DNA of 55,563 nucleotides, the filler included, from Sphacelaria rigidula (lineage: Eukaryota), in the NCBI GenBank assembly GCA_964200075.2. It is 6 parts of 6 records of this genome, joined end to end, with 100 filler letters (N's around TTAATTAATTAA, not from the genome) between each part and the next. Parts side by side here need not be neighbours in the genome. Positions count along the whole stretch, not along the records: positions 9,279 to 18,456 come from CAXNAA020009114.1; positions 18,557 to 27,733 come from CAXNAA020009115.1; 4 more parts are not named here. One strand, given 5' to 3'. The notes beneath the pieces are model-generated. The model was not told where the DNA came from and ran no database searches. It saw only the letters and a program-made list of their open reading frames with translations. Positions 10,758 to 22,700 of this stretch are shown piece by piece. A program made the translations under genes and the position numbers. Position 1 is the stretch's first letter. Each line of letters opens with the position of its first letter.

Positions 10758-11589
10758 TTATATCCTCGTACCTGTTGCGTCTTGTGTGGTTGATCGCGGG
10801 ATTTTTTATGACATACCTCGAGCGTTCCGATTGGTTTCTCCGCAAGCGTTATGCTTCCGAAGCGTGTTGGTGTTCGGTGGAGTCGCTCATAGTAGTGCTG
10901 ACGAGTTACGCGGTACCGTATCTCGTGAAGGGTGTCTGTGTGTCAAAGGTGCTGTATGTAACCGAGGTTGCACACCTGTGATTTTGGCCCGCGGGTGACC
11001 CGCCTTTTTTTGTGGTCAAACAGAGATGTTTCCTGCGCAAACGCCCCGCGGAGGCTGTGGTGGCCGACATTCGAGTTTTGTACGCTGCCAAAATGCGTTT
11101 GACCATGAGGTTATAAACAGATGTCGAAGTGGGTTAGTGTGGAGGGGTTACAGGGCGTTGTGCATAGTGGAATCTTCGCACGATCTGTATTCATGACCCG
11201 GGCGAACTGTTACCTCCGAACAGGCTTGGACAATATCCGCAGCCGCCTCTCAATCGTACGCACCTTGCGCACAGCAGGCAGAGACGTGGAGCAAACATAG
11301 CCGTCGAAGATCCAACCTACGGAACTGCGGATCCATAGCACGCAGTACATCCTACCATAACCTACCGCTGTAGCCTCGTAGTAGAGGAGGATGGGGTCTG
11401 TGGTGGCGAGTACAGGGTTGGGACGCTGTTTGCATCGGAGGAAGGTATGTTTCACTTCAGACTCGGTGTTGTGCAATACACCGGCGACGGCCTCGACCAA
11501 ATAAAATCAAGAAGCAGTCCACTCATTTGTCAGTCATTTTTCAAGTTAACGACGGACGACGACCATTCCTGTCTGTAGTATATTAACAT

Positions 11590-11688
11590 GATGTCCGGGC
11601 TGTGTCATAGTAGGCTAAATATAGAGGAGGGTTAGCTTCTCTATTTTATGTCTATATCCGGGCTGTATTATGGTGGATTGAATAAAGT
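11590..11688 (-). repeat. Degenerate inverted copy (~1.5 units) of the 63-bp repeat at 2873-3138
   Basis: TGTCCGGGCTGTGTCATAGTAGG is similar to the reverse complement of CCTACCA(C/T)AACACAGCCC(G/A)G(G/A)CAT. Confidence 0.65.
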
Positions 11689-12264
11689 GTTTCCGGGGGC
11701 AAACCATTCGGTTGTTCAATTTTGCTTGTTGTGTCTGTCGGTCCGGAACTTTTTTTAGTGGCGGTCCCCGGTATATGTACGGTGACAGTCTGTACATTTG
11801 TCTACATTTGGGTGGCTTGTTTTACAGCGCTGTTGCCACTCGACGCCAACCCAAGAGTCTAGAGGTGAAGGGGGGGGAACCAGGAGGGGAGGGGTTCTTT
11901 GCTGGTTCAGTCGGTAGTAGCACCCCTTGCTGTTCCGCGGAGTCGTTCTAAGACAGGCATTGACAGTGAGGGAAGGGGTGCCGCGGGCGGCGCGGGCCCG
12001 TCAGCTTGGAACGATGTTGGGAGATGCGGGGATGCAGAGATTAACTCCGAACCCACGCCCAAGAAGTCCAAGGGCCCACCCCGAGCCCCCCAACAGTGCC
12101 GTACGTGTGATCACCGCAAACGACGCGGCGGTTACGAGCGATATCACCCTACACCGCGAGAGAAAGGGGCGATGCCGCAATGCAATGTACCGCTAAAAGA
12201 GCGCCGCCCTGAATCATGTAGAAAAGCAAAAAGAAAACAATTCCGCTGAGGAGACCGGGCATGA

Positions 12265-12443
12265 TGTAATGCGTGAGAGGACCACATGCCCGGTTAGGGT
12301 TAGGGTTAGTGTTAGTGTTGGGGTCATGGTCAGGGGCGTGGTACTTGCAAGGACTGGTGCGATTGGTTTTGATAAACGTCGATCCTGAGGTATTTTGAAC
12401 TACGGCGCGGTCCTCTAAGCACTTGTTCCTCTCACGTAGTACA
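12265..12443 (+). mobile_element. MITE family A (TGTAATGCG...CGCATTACA TIRs, internal TTAGGG tract), copy 1, internally deleted
   Basis: Shares the TIR and the core GGTCAGGGGCGTGGTAC..GGACTGG..GATTGGTTTT with four other copies. Confidence 0.8.
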
Positions 12444-12716
12444 CATGGTGTCGGTGTGACTGAAAAATGCACAGCAAATGACACATGATTGTTGCGAGAT
12501 ATTTTGAAGTTGTGTTCAAATGGTAGAGTTGATCTCTGGTGCACTGTAAATAATGAACCAGCAACCGCTCTCAGGAGCGAAAGTGCCTGGACCGCTTCGT
12601 TTTCTTCCGATTCTCAACGCTTTGATCGCGAGGTTAGGTCACTGGCTAAATCGGCATCAATGTCACTGGAAAAAGTATGGCTGATTCAGATAGACTACCC
12701 TGACGGTCGAGAGGTA

Positions 12717-13149
12717 ATGGGTTGACGCGTTGTTGCCGTGTGTTACGTACTTTTTCCGCGCCAATTGTCCAGCTGCCCTGCTTACACCGACTCCTTCGGA
12801 ACCGTGAGGTCATCCGGTGAAAAGTCATGTACCAAACGCAACAAACACGGGTGGAAATGAAGTGTAATCTCGAAGAGAAACATCAAAGTTTGTAAAATTG
12901 CCGGCTCATATCGCACGCCCCGGTGTGAGACACAAATCCCTCATTATATATTCAGGGTTCATGGGTTGACGTGCTATTGCCGTGTGCTGTGTACTTTTGC
13001 CGCGCCAGTTGCCTAGCTGCCCTGCTTCCACCGACTTCTCCGAAACCGTCAGGTCATCCGGTGAATACTCAGGTACCAAGCGCAAAACAAACGGGTGGAA
13101 ATAAAGTCTAATTTCATAGAGAAACATCAAAGTTTGTAAAATTGCCGGC
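12717..13149. repeat. Direct tandem duplication, 244-bp period
   Basis: ATGGGTTGACG at 12717 and 12961. Both copies end GAGAAACATCAAAGTTTGTAAA(A)TTGCCGGCT. Confidence 0.85.
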
Positions 13150-14043
13150 TTCGATTGCAGCACCAGTGGAAAACACAAGTCCCTTGTCACACATATACAT
13201 ATATAATTTCCTACAGTGGAAAAAAAAGTCGCGCTCCTCGCGAACAATGTATTTCACTGCAAATTCATCCCCATGTATGGGTGCTGTGCCATATATATTG
13301 GTCGTGCAATATGCCGTCGCCCACACTCCCCCAATACAACACATGTATATATATATATATATATATCGATGGGACAATATGTGTTCAACCCCACGGTGTC
13401 AATATATATGGGGCGGACAATATATATGCAGATCCACAACATCAGTATATATTGGGCGCGCAAAATATGTTCAGTCCAAGGGTACCAATACAATATTATG
13501 TGGATTTTTAATATATGCAAAATTCCAATATGATCGACCAGTGTATATTGAAGATACTCATTTTGTTTTGTCCAGGGTGTACAATTGTGTTGTGTGCGAG
13601 GGACAGCGATCTCGTACGGCACGTCGAATTTGACCCACTTCGTGAGCAAGTGCTCCCAAGATGTTCACGGAATCTGCGGTCGGACATTTGGTCATGACTC
13701 ACCATTTCACCTGGTAGCACGCCCTCGTCAACGCGAAATTTCAGCCCACTATCCAGCCTGAGGCACACTTCCAAAGTATACACATGTAATGTATGTAACA
13801 CACATATTTGTATGTGATACACATATTTGTATTTCAATACACGATAACCTAAGCTCCGAAACTCAAATCATCGGCTGCCGACCCCTTTACAACATTGATC
13901 GACCGAGCACCCTTCACGGTAACGCATGTTTCTGCCATGACAATAGCGTGCAAATACTGCTCACTCAACGAAGGATCGAGACAAGGAAAACGTTTCAGAC
14001 ACAATATCGTACTCGAGCACGTTCTGGTAGCAGACGCGTGGAA

Positions 14044-14874
14044 CTACGTGCATGATCGCAAGTCTTGCTTGCTCTCCTGTCTAACACGCTTGAACTGCCA
14101 AAGCGACCGTTGGAACCCGGGGTCAACGATGTCCACGTGTACCGATGCATAAGTAGCAGGCTGCTCCAGACGACGAGCTTGTACGCGCTTGAATTCCCAC
14201 AGTGACCGCTGAAACCCTGGGTTAACAATGTCAAGCTGCACCGGCGGAGGGCACCCAGGCGACTCCAAATGACAGGCTTTGACAGTTCTTGGTTGCCTCA
14301 AGTCCACCATACCGTCATCAGCGCAGCCACTACAGAATTTCGCCTCATTGGTTCCCTGCCAACCGTGCGAAGGTCGCCTGCAGCAACCCTTGCGCGCACA
14401 CCTCTTGTTCGCAACGTTCGACATCTCATCACTGGCATGCTGTGAGCAGAATCGTGCCGTCGTCTCTCCCGCTATAGCGAAAGACGGCTGCTTGTTACAG
14501 CCCTCTTGGACACACTTTTTGCTCGCCACGTGCACCATTCCGTCCTCAGCATGCCTCACGCAGTATCTCGCCTTTTTTGTTCCCCTATTACCGTACGATG
14601 GCCTCTTGCCGCATCCACTGTACGAGCACCTCTTTCGTTTGTTTGCAACATCCACCATCCCTTCTTTGGCGTGCCGTACGCAGAACAGCGGCTTAGTAGT
14701 TCCTTCCAGTCCATAAGACGGGTACTTCGTACAGTCCTCGCGGTAGCACTTCTTACTCACGACGTCTCGCATACCACGCTCGGCGTGTGCTACACAGAAT
14801 TCCGCCATTCGAGTGCCTGGTAGGCCATACGATGCTCGTGTGGAGCAATCGACGTGGCGGCAAACTCGAGGCAT
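14044..14874 (-). CDS. Short EsV-1-7 cysteine-rich repeat protein (5 divergent repeats plus a duplicated C-terminal motif), ~276 aa
   Basis: ORF 14044..14955, first ATG at 14874 (MPRVCRHVDCSTRASYG). Five C-x4-C-x16-C-x2-H units, the fifth ending in C, each followed by a GMVDV-like linker. Confidence 0.88.
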   Translation of the reverse strand: MPRVCRHVDCSTRASYGLPGTRMAEFCVAHAERGMRDVVSKKCYREDCTKYPSYGLEGTTKPLFCVRHAKEGMVDVANKRKRCSYSGCGKRPSYGNRGTKKARYCVRHAEDGMVHVASKKCVQEGCNKQPSFAIAGETTARFCSQHASDEMSNVANKRCARKGCCRRPSHGWQGTNEAKFCSGCADDGMVDLRQPRTVKACHLESPGCPPPVQLDIVNPGFQRSLWEFKRVQARRLEQPATYASVHVDIVDPGFQRSLWQFKRVRQESKQDLRSCT

Positions 14875-15244
14875 GTCTCTCCCGAAAAAAGCAAACAAGT
14901 CGTCTTCGGTAAGTACCACACAGAACCCGATCTCGTGGGAAGCCGATGGCGGCACAGAGCGATAGGCTTAGGCGTATGTAAGACCCGTGGGAAGCTCTAC
15001 GCTCTCGGAGTGTACTTTCCAGCTGGAGATGTGGCGCCCCGATATTGCTGTACGATCTCTATCCCACAACGCCTTTCCGATCCAAATACTGTGATCCGCT
15101 CACGTCGCCTCCTCGTAACGTCTCAACCTGCAGGGCACTGTGCAGGCATATGTTGGACAGAATCACGGCCATGAGTGCAGTAGTGCATGTCTTTGACAGG
15201 ACCTTGCCATACGCCAAGAGGGTATGTTCGGCAGCTATACGGTA

Positions 15245-15438
15245 TGTAATGCGTCAGAGGACCGCATCGAATTTGAACACACCTATCGTCAGGGTTAGGG
15301 TTAGGGTTGGTCTTGGGATCAGGGTCAGGGGCGTGGTACCTGCAGGGACTGGCTCGATTGGTTTTGAAAAACGTCGATCCTGAGGTTTTTCGAAGTACGA
15401 TGCCTTTACCCAAGCACGCGATCCTCTCACGCATTACA
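15245..15438 (+). mobile_element. MITE family A, copy 2
   Basis: TGTAATGCGTCAGAGGACCGC ... TCCTCTCACGCATTACA, with AGGGTTAGGGTTAGGG inside. Confidence 0.85.
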
Positions 15439-15565
15439 CGTTGACTGGGCTAATTTTGATCGTCTGCACTACACCATTCCCTTCCGAGCAATATTCAGAA
15501 CGTAAGCTGCAGTTGGAGCCACAGTATCTGTGCTGTATTGGGCTAGCAGTGGGTTGTGGTCATAG

Positions 15566-15776
15566 TGTAATGCGTGAGAGGACCGCGTGCTTAGAGGACC
15601 GCATCGGAATGTGAACATCCCCCTGGTTAGGGTTAGGGTTGGGGTTAGTGTTGGGGGTATGGTCAGGGGCGTGGTACCTGCAGGGACTGGCCCGATTGGT
15701 TTTCAAATACATAAATTCTGAGGTGTTTTGAACTACGGCGCGGTTCTCTAAGCACGCGGTCCTCTCACGCATTACA
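15566..15776 (+). mobile_element. MITE family A, copy 3 (most intact; 4-bp ATAG flanking duplication)
   Basis: TIR TGTAATGCGTGAGAGGACCGCGTGCTTAGAG / CTCTAAGCACGCGGTCCTCTCACGCATTACA. ATAG at 15562-15565 and 15777-15780. Confidence 0.9.
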
Positions 15777-15892
15777 ATAGTCTCATATTGATGGACTTGA
15801 CTCAAATGTACCGTATGACTTTAGGATGCATTTTCGTGTCCCAGCATATGGACACCTCGTTTCGTTTTGGCCGACGAACCACTGCAAAGCGG

Positions 15893-16096
15893 TGTAGTGC
15901 GTGTGCAGAGCGCGTGCTCTGTGGACCGCATCGGAGTTTAAACATCCCTATGGTTCGGGTTAGGGTCATTGTCGGGGTTGGGGTCAGGGGCACGGTCCCT
16001 GCAAGGACAGCCTGATTGGTTTAGAAAAAAGTCGATCATGAGGTGTTTTGGACTACGATGCGGTTCTGAAAGCACGCTGTCCTCTTACGCATTACG
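15893..16096 (+). mobile_element. MITE family A, copy 4 (degenerate)
   Basis: Same core sequence. Right end CCTCTTACGCATTAC, degenerate left end TGTAGTGCG. Confidence 0.75.
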
Positions 16097-16902
16097 GGGG
16101 TTGGGGACGAGATTGCGTGTTAGCGTAGGCGACTGACGTGCGCACACGCCCATGGATGTGCGCAGATAGTATACGACTGCCTCTTGTTCAAGTCTTTTTC
16201 ACACAGATAGCACTGGATGCAGCAAATATTGTGCTGACTGCGCTCCATTTTGCCCGCTTCTTCTCCACCTGCATCCTATCGTACGAAACACCGACACACG
16301 CAGACACTATGCCGACAGTGCACTGTTGTCTTTACTGATTACAAATGTACACACATGCCACCCCGTGAATTATTGCGCTCGACTTTCTTCGATCAAGTTT
16401 GCAAATTCACTCGGACCCAACTCAGGCACAAGCGAACGAATTCGCGTGAATCAGTGAAGGCCACCACACGTTTTTTCTGACCGGAGGCGTATGTGCGAAG
16501 ACACGCCATTACCCTCCCACAATAATGGGACAAGGAGCGACTAAGGCGTATGAAATTGGAGCACACAGCGACGGAACAAAGTAAAAACAACAGCTGACGC
16601 ACCACAGCCGATCCGGGAGTTCAAATACTGCCCAAGAGGGTTACACTCCACTCCAGAGAGCGCGTTCGATAGGTACGAGCGGGGCCAGCCTTGGAGCGGA
16701 TTCAAGCTCTCAAAGCATTGACTCATCGACACAGACTAGTTGGGCCACGATCCGCATGTATGGTAGTAATCGTCTAATCAAAGGAAATATGGCCATCTGC
16801 TCAGAAGTCTCGGCCACATTTTTTTCGTCGATGTAACCACATGTACAGTAATTCCTATACCAAACGGAGGTAGCGTCCATACTAAATCTGTAAGGAACCC
16901 CG

Positions 16903-17107
16903 TGTAATGCGTTGGAGGACCGCGTGCTTAGAAGGACTGCATCGGAATTCAGACAGCCTTGTGTTTGAGGTCAGGGTTAGTGTTGGGGTTATGGTCAGGG
17001 GCGTGGTACCTGCAGGGACTGGCCCGACTGGTTTTGAAAAACCTCGATCCTGACGTGTATTGGACTACGATGCGGTCCTCCAAGCACGCGGTCCCCTCAC
17101 GCATTGA
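16903..17107 (+). mobile_element. MITE family A, copy 5
   Basis: TGTAATGCGTTGGAGGACCGCGTGCTTAG ... AAGCACGCGGTCCCCTCACGCATT. Confidence 0.85.
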
Positions 17108-18456
17108 ACCTCGAACGATACACTAATTGACCACTTTTCACTCTCAACAATATCCTCTACTCTCAATCTCACGAAAACATTGTTATGTATATACCTTTTT
17201 CCATGAGATTAAGGCAATAATCAGTTTTCAGATATCAACGGAATGCCATCAAACCATTGTTTAAAATTGTGTGCACTGATATTTTGTTTGGACAATATAC
17301 AAAAAGGGGTACACCCTGGTGCTTTTGGAACAAAAAAGGGTAACGTTTTTTTCGCTTTGGAGCGCGGCGCTGCACGCTGGCTGAACACCTTGAAAACACG
17401 TTCCAGAATCCTCAGCCCCACGCCCAAGGTGTCTGGGCAGCATGCCCGTTCGTTTGTTTTCATTTTCACAGTTGTTACTGGGCTCAACTACGGCGCCAAA
17501 AATGAGAGCCTGTGAGAGTACCCTTTTTTGTTAGCAAACCAGGAGGGTACACCCTGCCCTCGACTAAAAATTTACACGTCACCCTTTTTTGCTCTACTGT
17601 TGACCCTCTTCTGCTAAGTGGTGACTTTTTTTTGTGACGTGGTGACCGTACCACCGTCTCAGCACAAGTTACGCCGAGCAGTCACAACCATAACCATTTC
17701 CGGTAAAAGTATACCCCACCGAAAAAGGCCTAAACCCAACGACCGGAAGAGTGTAGCCCGCCTGTTGGTCGGTCCGGAGACCCGGAAGATCCAACGATGC
17801 ATACAGGGCGCTTGTGTTCCGGAGCTCACAAAGATCCAACGAACATGGGTGAACGTCTTGCCGACACACGAGCCCGAACGGCATCATGCGAAGACAACAT
17901 CAGACCGTTGCCGGATCTGCAGCCTGCGGCTCGGAAACGGAGATGGACACCGGGCGGATTTCGGATTGGTGCAAAAACGCTTGAAGCGAACGGCGCAGAC
18001 TGTACAAACGGGTGTCGTCCTCCGATCGTTGCCGTTGCACCCATAGGTCCCTTCCAGATCGTACTTGACTGCCGTGACCGACGGACCACAACCCAATCAA
18101 CACGTAGAGAGAACCGAGTGATTATCCACAGCAGGAAAGGTCAACACGCTACACCGCCGCGGAACAGTGACAATGCCACCCACAAATGGTGCTATGCTGC
18201 AAGCCGGCGCCGATCATTCAACGAACAGCAAATTGTTCGCCTCGGCCCACGCCCAGAGAACAGGAGATTCACGGGCTCTGAGTGATGATACATTGGAGAG
18301 TTTCGGAAAAAAAAATCAGAACTCAGGGATAAAAGCGAGAACGACTGGATTGTTTACGCTCAAACCCCAGGTTTGTTTTTATTTATTTGTACCACGTAGG
18401 TGTGGACCGTGGCCAACTTCTAGGGGTGTAGTATTTTCGTATTTTCTGTTCCGAAT

Positions 18457-18556
18457 NNNNNNNNNNNNNNNNNNNNNNNNNNNNNNNNNNNNNNNNNNNN
18501 TTAATTAATTAANNNNNNNNNNNNNNNNNNNNNNNNNNNNNNNNNNNNNNNNNNNN
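18457..18556. other. Artificial contig linker
   Basis: N44-TTAATTAATTAA-N44. Confidence 0.98.
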
Positions 18557-19715
18557 TGGACAATCTTTGAGAAACTAAGAAATTACGGATTGTGCATACT
18601 ACTGACGCTGACTACTGTAAGTCGGGGATTGCTAGGGAGGAAAAAGCAAAGGGCGGTTATTTGCACGCATCGTTCCCATATCCCGCGCGTGTTTGATACG
18701 GTGCTACACCTGTAGTAGTATCGTAAAACAGCTGCTGAAAAAATGTCTGTGCAACGAGACAACCGTGTGCCCACCGCCCAATAGTTGCTGTGCATGATCC
18801 GACTCGCTGCTCGAAGGCACGCCGGTCTTGAATAACAGAGCGCAATACAGTATACAGTAGTGTGATAGGCTGGCGGGTCTGAGTCACGCGTTGACCGTCT
18901 TCGAGAACGACGTGAATCCGGATGTTCTGGGATTTATTCCCGCTCGAGCTCTTCAAGTCGCATCCAATCACAGACCTTGACTTCACTCAAACCGCCCGAA
19001 CACGATGAGATTCGAAGACGATGCCCCAGCTGCATGATTCCTTTTATCGCCTGTGCGTTTTTTGGTGCGACCCTTTCCAGGGCGTGGTGAGTTCCAGATG
19101 AGAGCAATGATGCGAAGCACCGGGTTGTACTGTAGGAAGAGCTGAGCTGAAGCACTATGAATAAACAACCGCATGAACGTACTGTACCGTTGTACCCAGG
19201 ACGAGAAGGCCCCGTATTAGCCGAGAATGCCCCGTACTAGCGCGACAAGAGAAGCGAGAACGTGCCGTGAAAGTAAGAGTGATTCTGGCGGTTTTGGTTA
19301 TTAAGATTTTTTCAGTGTTTCCGATCGGTTGAGAGCTGATGGGTAGCCAATTGAAAGGACGAGAAGAGGAAAAAAAAGAAAGCCAGAATTGCTCTCACCA
19401 GCGTGTTCTCACCTCTCTTATTTGGTTCAAACAGACCCTACCAATGGTATCACCCATCACTTTGCCTCCTGCTTGTTCTTGAAGGCGACAATAGCTTGCC
19501 ACTTTTGTACGAGTCAGGCGTTGTGTACTGTCAAAACAGATGATTGTTAGATACTGCTAGCAGGGCATACTTGGCATGATGGCCGATCTGTAAACCACGA
19601 GAAAAGATCCCAGTAGTACTTGATTTTAATGACTAGACCATAGTACTGTACGAGCGTGTAGGCATTACAAGTCGCCGACCGCTGGGCGCCCCGCCGTGCA
19701 TGGTGTTCTTTTCAG

Positions 19716-22700
19716 GCAGAAGAACGGGCGCAAGATGCGGCACCGAGCGCCTCCGCGCTGAGATCCAACGCGGAATTGGCGGTGTCGAAGGGCGAGCATG
19801 ATAAGGCCATCAGGCTCTTCTCCCAGGTACGAATAGCTCCCATACAGCCGGTGCAGCGATCGGTACCGTGGTGACTTCGCCTTCGACAGTTTCGGCCGAA
19901 CACATGAGCGGTGCCGCGGTATGGTACGAATCGATGATCGGGGCTGCCTTTGCTCGTAGTTGAAGGAATTTTACGTAACACACGGGCAGTCCGTCGAACA
20001 CAACGTGAGCGTCGGTTCTTTGATCGGCGAGGTGGGCCGTATTCGAAGAAGGCAATATTTTCATTCGAAATAAATGATGCAAGACCCAGATAACCCACCC
20101 TGGGGGTAGCCAAAGTATTAAAAAGATCACAAGAAGAGAATATATATATATATAGATATATATAGATATAGATCTAGTGTGCAGTGACCGTCGCGGTCGT
20201 TGTAATGTCTGAATAGCAGCTGAAACGATACACAACTGAAACACGGTCGGCGTGGGGCATCTCCGCTGAACTTCTCGTTTGCGTCAACTTCCATCGTTGG
20301 ATGTCTCGACTGCCACAAACATATAATTAGCCCTGCAAGTGCGTTCCCGTTTATGTCTCGAGTGTGCGTAAGTGTTCTCCTCATCTCGCATGTTGTACAC
20401 AACTTGATGTCATCGGAACCAAAAAGAAAGTAAAGCCGACAGGCGAAAACAAACCCTATCGCGGGTATTTTCGGAATCGATGTTCCTTGTTTCCCACGTA
20501 CGAACAAAGAAGAAGGTCCATTGAAAATGGATTGTGTGGGGGACGTCGCAGGTGATCGCGCTGGAGCCGAAGAACGAGCGAAACTTGTACAAGCGGTTCC
20601 GAGTGTATCTGTCGAAACGGAAGTATGCAGAAGCCGTCGCAGACCTGTCGCGTGCTCTCGAGCTCAAGCCCAAGTACAAGCAGGTACGACGAGGGAAATG
20701 ACGAGCTACTGTTATAGTGTCCATATTGAGTCGTGGATCTTTGTGACGCTTTTTTTTTCTCTGTACGGTTTTTAACTAGATATTGGTTGTTGTTTTTCGT
20801 TGGTTGTGGTTACCGCTGATTGTGTACGGTTTTGTGCTTTTTACCCTCTCGCTTCTTCCTGTTTGCTTGAAGGGAGAAGATGTTTTAACCGTTCATGTAT
20901 CCATATACGGCGGGGGGGGGGGGACGGGGCATACGTCTAAGCCCCGCTATACTACCTCACCCTGCTTGCCGGCAGCGGATGAGATGACGCTCGTATTCCC
21001 TCTTCTCCCCCACTTCCTCGTTCTAATTGGATACTGGTACTATCCGATGTCGTTTGGTGAGTCTCCCAGAAATAGGTTGGCGGTTGATCATTGAAAGAGC
21101 CTGTCTCTGTAGAGCGGGACTCTGCTACGATGACATATACGGGATGTGTGCAACGTAGTGTGCATCAATCACCCGAAAAAAGCTCGATGTGGGAAAATAT
21201 CCACCCAGCTGCTGCGATGAGTGATTTTTTTTCCCCCTGCTTCTTGCTTCGATCCTCGACAATCGCTGTACCTGCACCCGCGTTATTCAGGCCTTGGCCC
21301 AGCGTGCTCGGCTGCTCCGCATGATGGGCCGGTGCGAGGGAGCGATGAGGGACTACGCCGCGTTGGAGAGTATCGACCCCAAGCATGCCGACCTCGCTAC
21401 GCTGTATCCCCTTGCCCAAAGCTGCGCCACGAGACTGGTGGATGCCACGCTGGCGGAGTCCCGAAGAGATTGGCAGGTGAGGTCTCCTGAGTATCCCGTA
21501 GTATGCGTGGGATGACCAGTCAAGATATATTGTAGTATACTACCCGAAGATGAGCGAAGTTGGCGTGTGGGCCGCCGTGCGATCGGTTGACCATGGCGCA
21601 GTGGTGGGTGGATTCCCGAAGAGGTTGGGTATGCGAGAGTCACCCAAGTATTTCAAAGTTGTGTTCTTTAGGGTATACCGGCTGATTTTTGGGTATTTGT
21701 GTTCATGTTTAGGCTAGATAGAGATTTGTATATTTTTCTGGATTGATACCTACACGCGCACGCACACGACCTCTCTACCCCCTCCACAACATGCCAATGC
21801 GAACCAGGCGGCCGCCGACGCCTACGATGCCATCTTAGACGAGCAGCTAGACCTTGTCGGCGCGGGACTGCTCCTAAGGAGGGCTAGATGCCACTTTGCG
21901 CTGGGGAGGTGGCTGCAGGCGGCTGCGGATGCCGGTCGAGCGGCCAAGCTAGCGGCCGAAGGAGACATGGACCAGGGCGGCAGCGGGGCGCGCGAACGTG
22001 CGGAGGCTCTGGAGCTTCGGGGGCGGTGCTACATCGCGCTGGGGGACTTCGAGATGGCTGCCAATCACTTCAGAGAGGTGTGTGCGAGAGAGAAAGAGAG
22101 ACGGACAGCGAGACAAATATGTGTAAATATATATTTCGCATGGGACATGGATGTATCTGGAGACTTGAGTGTAGCAAGCACAAATCCGTTCTTGGAGAAA
22201 AGAGGAAGCGAGCTCTGGGATGCGAGTCTTGTGTTTTGTGTTTTGTGTTTTGTGTTTTGTGTTTTGTGCCATGCTGTACTGTGCAGGACGTTTGTAGTTG
22301 GGAAAGGAAGGGATGACGGAATGAAGAAGGTACCAACAACGGTGTGCCGCAGATGATACCGTATGTTAACGGCAAGTATAGTAGTATCACCTTTAACCAC
22401 CATTGAATAGCCACGAGGCAGTGTAATGAGTGGCTGTCTCTGGAAGTGGCGAGACCAGAACACGAACCGGTTCATTCGAGGTTGTCTTCCGTGTGCAAGA
22501 TGATTGGAACGCTTCGGGTATAGCAATCTTTGTAGGATGCAACCCACCCTTGATGCGACTTGCCGAACACATCACGGCGCTTCGCGCTTGGTGGTTGATT
22601 GCAAGCCTAGTCCGACGAAAGCCCAGCGTGCTCCGTCCCGGCTTTGTAGAGATGCGAGGTCAATGGTTCTATTACTACGGCCTGTAGAATCATGAGTGCA

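Noticed and set aside
12288-12320. TTAGGG tracts as a true telomere
   Set aside because: Only 2-4 degenerate units, internal to a TIR element.
13142-13649. Overlapping Ile/Tyr-rich ORFs
   Set aside because: Products of an (AT)n-rich low-complexity tract with no protein-like signal.
3924-14955. Apparent cluster of two EsV-1-7 genes, or an integrated phaeovirus
   Set aside because: The genes are on different size-sorted contigs, and no capsid, polymerase, integrase or other viral core gene is visible.
17618-18285. Cys-containing ORFs (DRCRICSLR) as a piggyBac-like C-terminal domain
   Set aside because: Only one CxxC is convincing. No DDD core or termini were identified.
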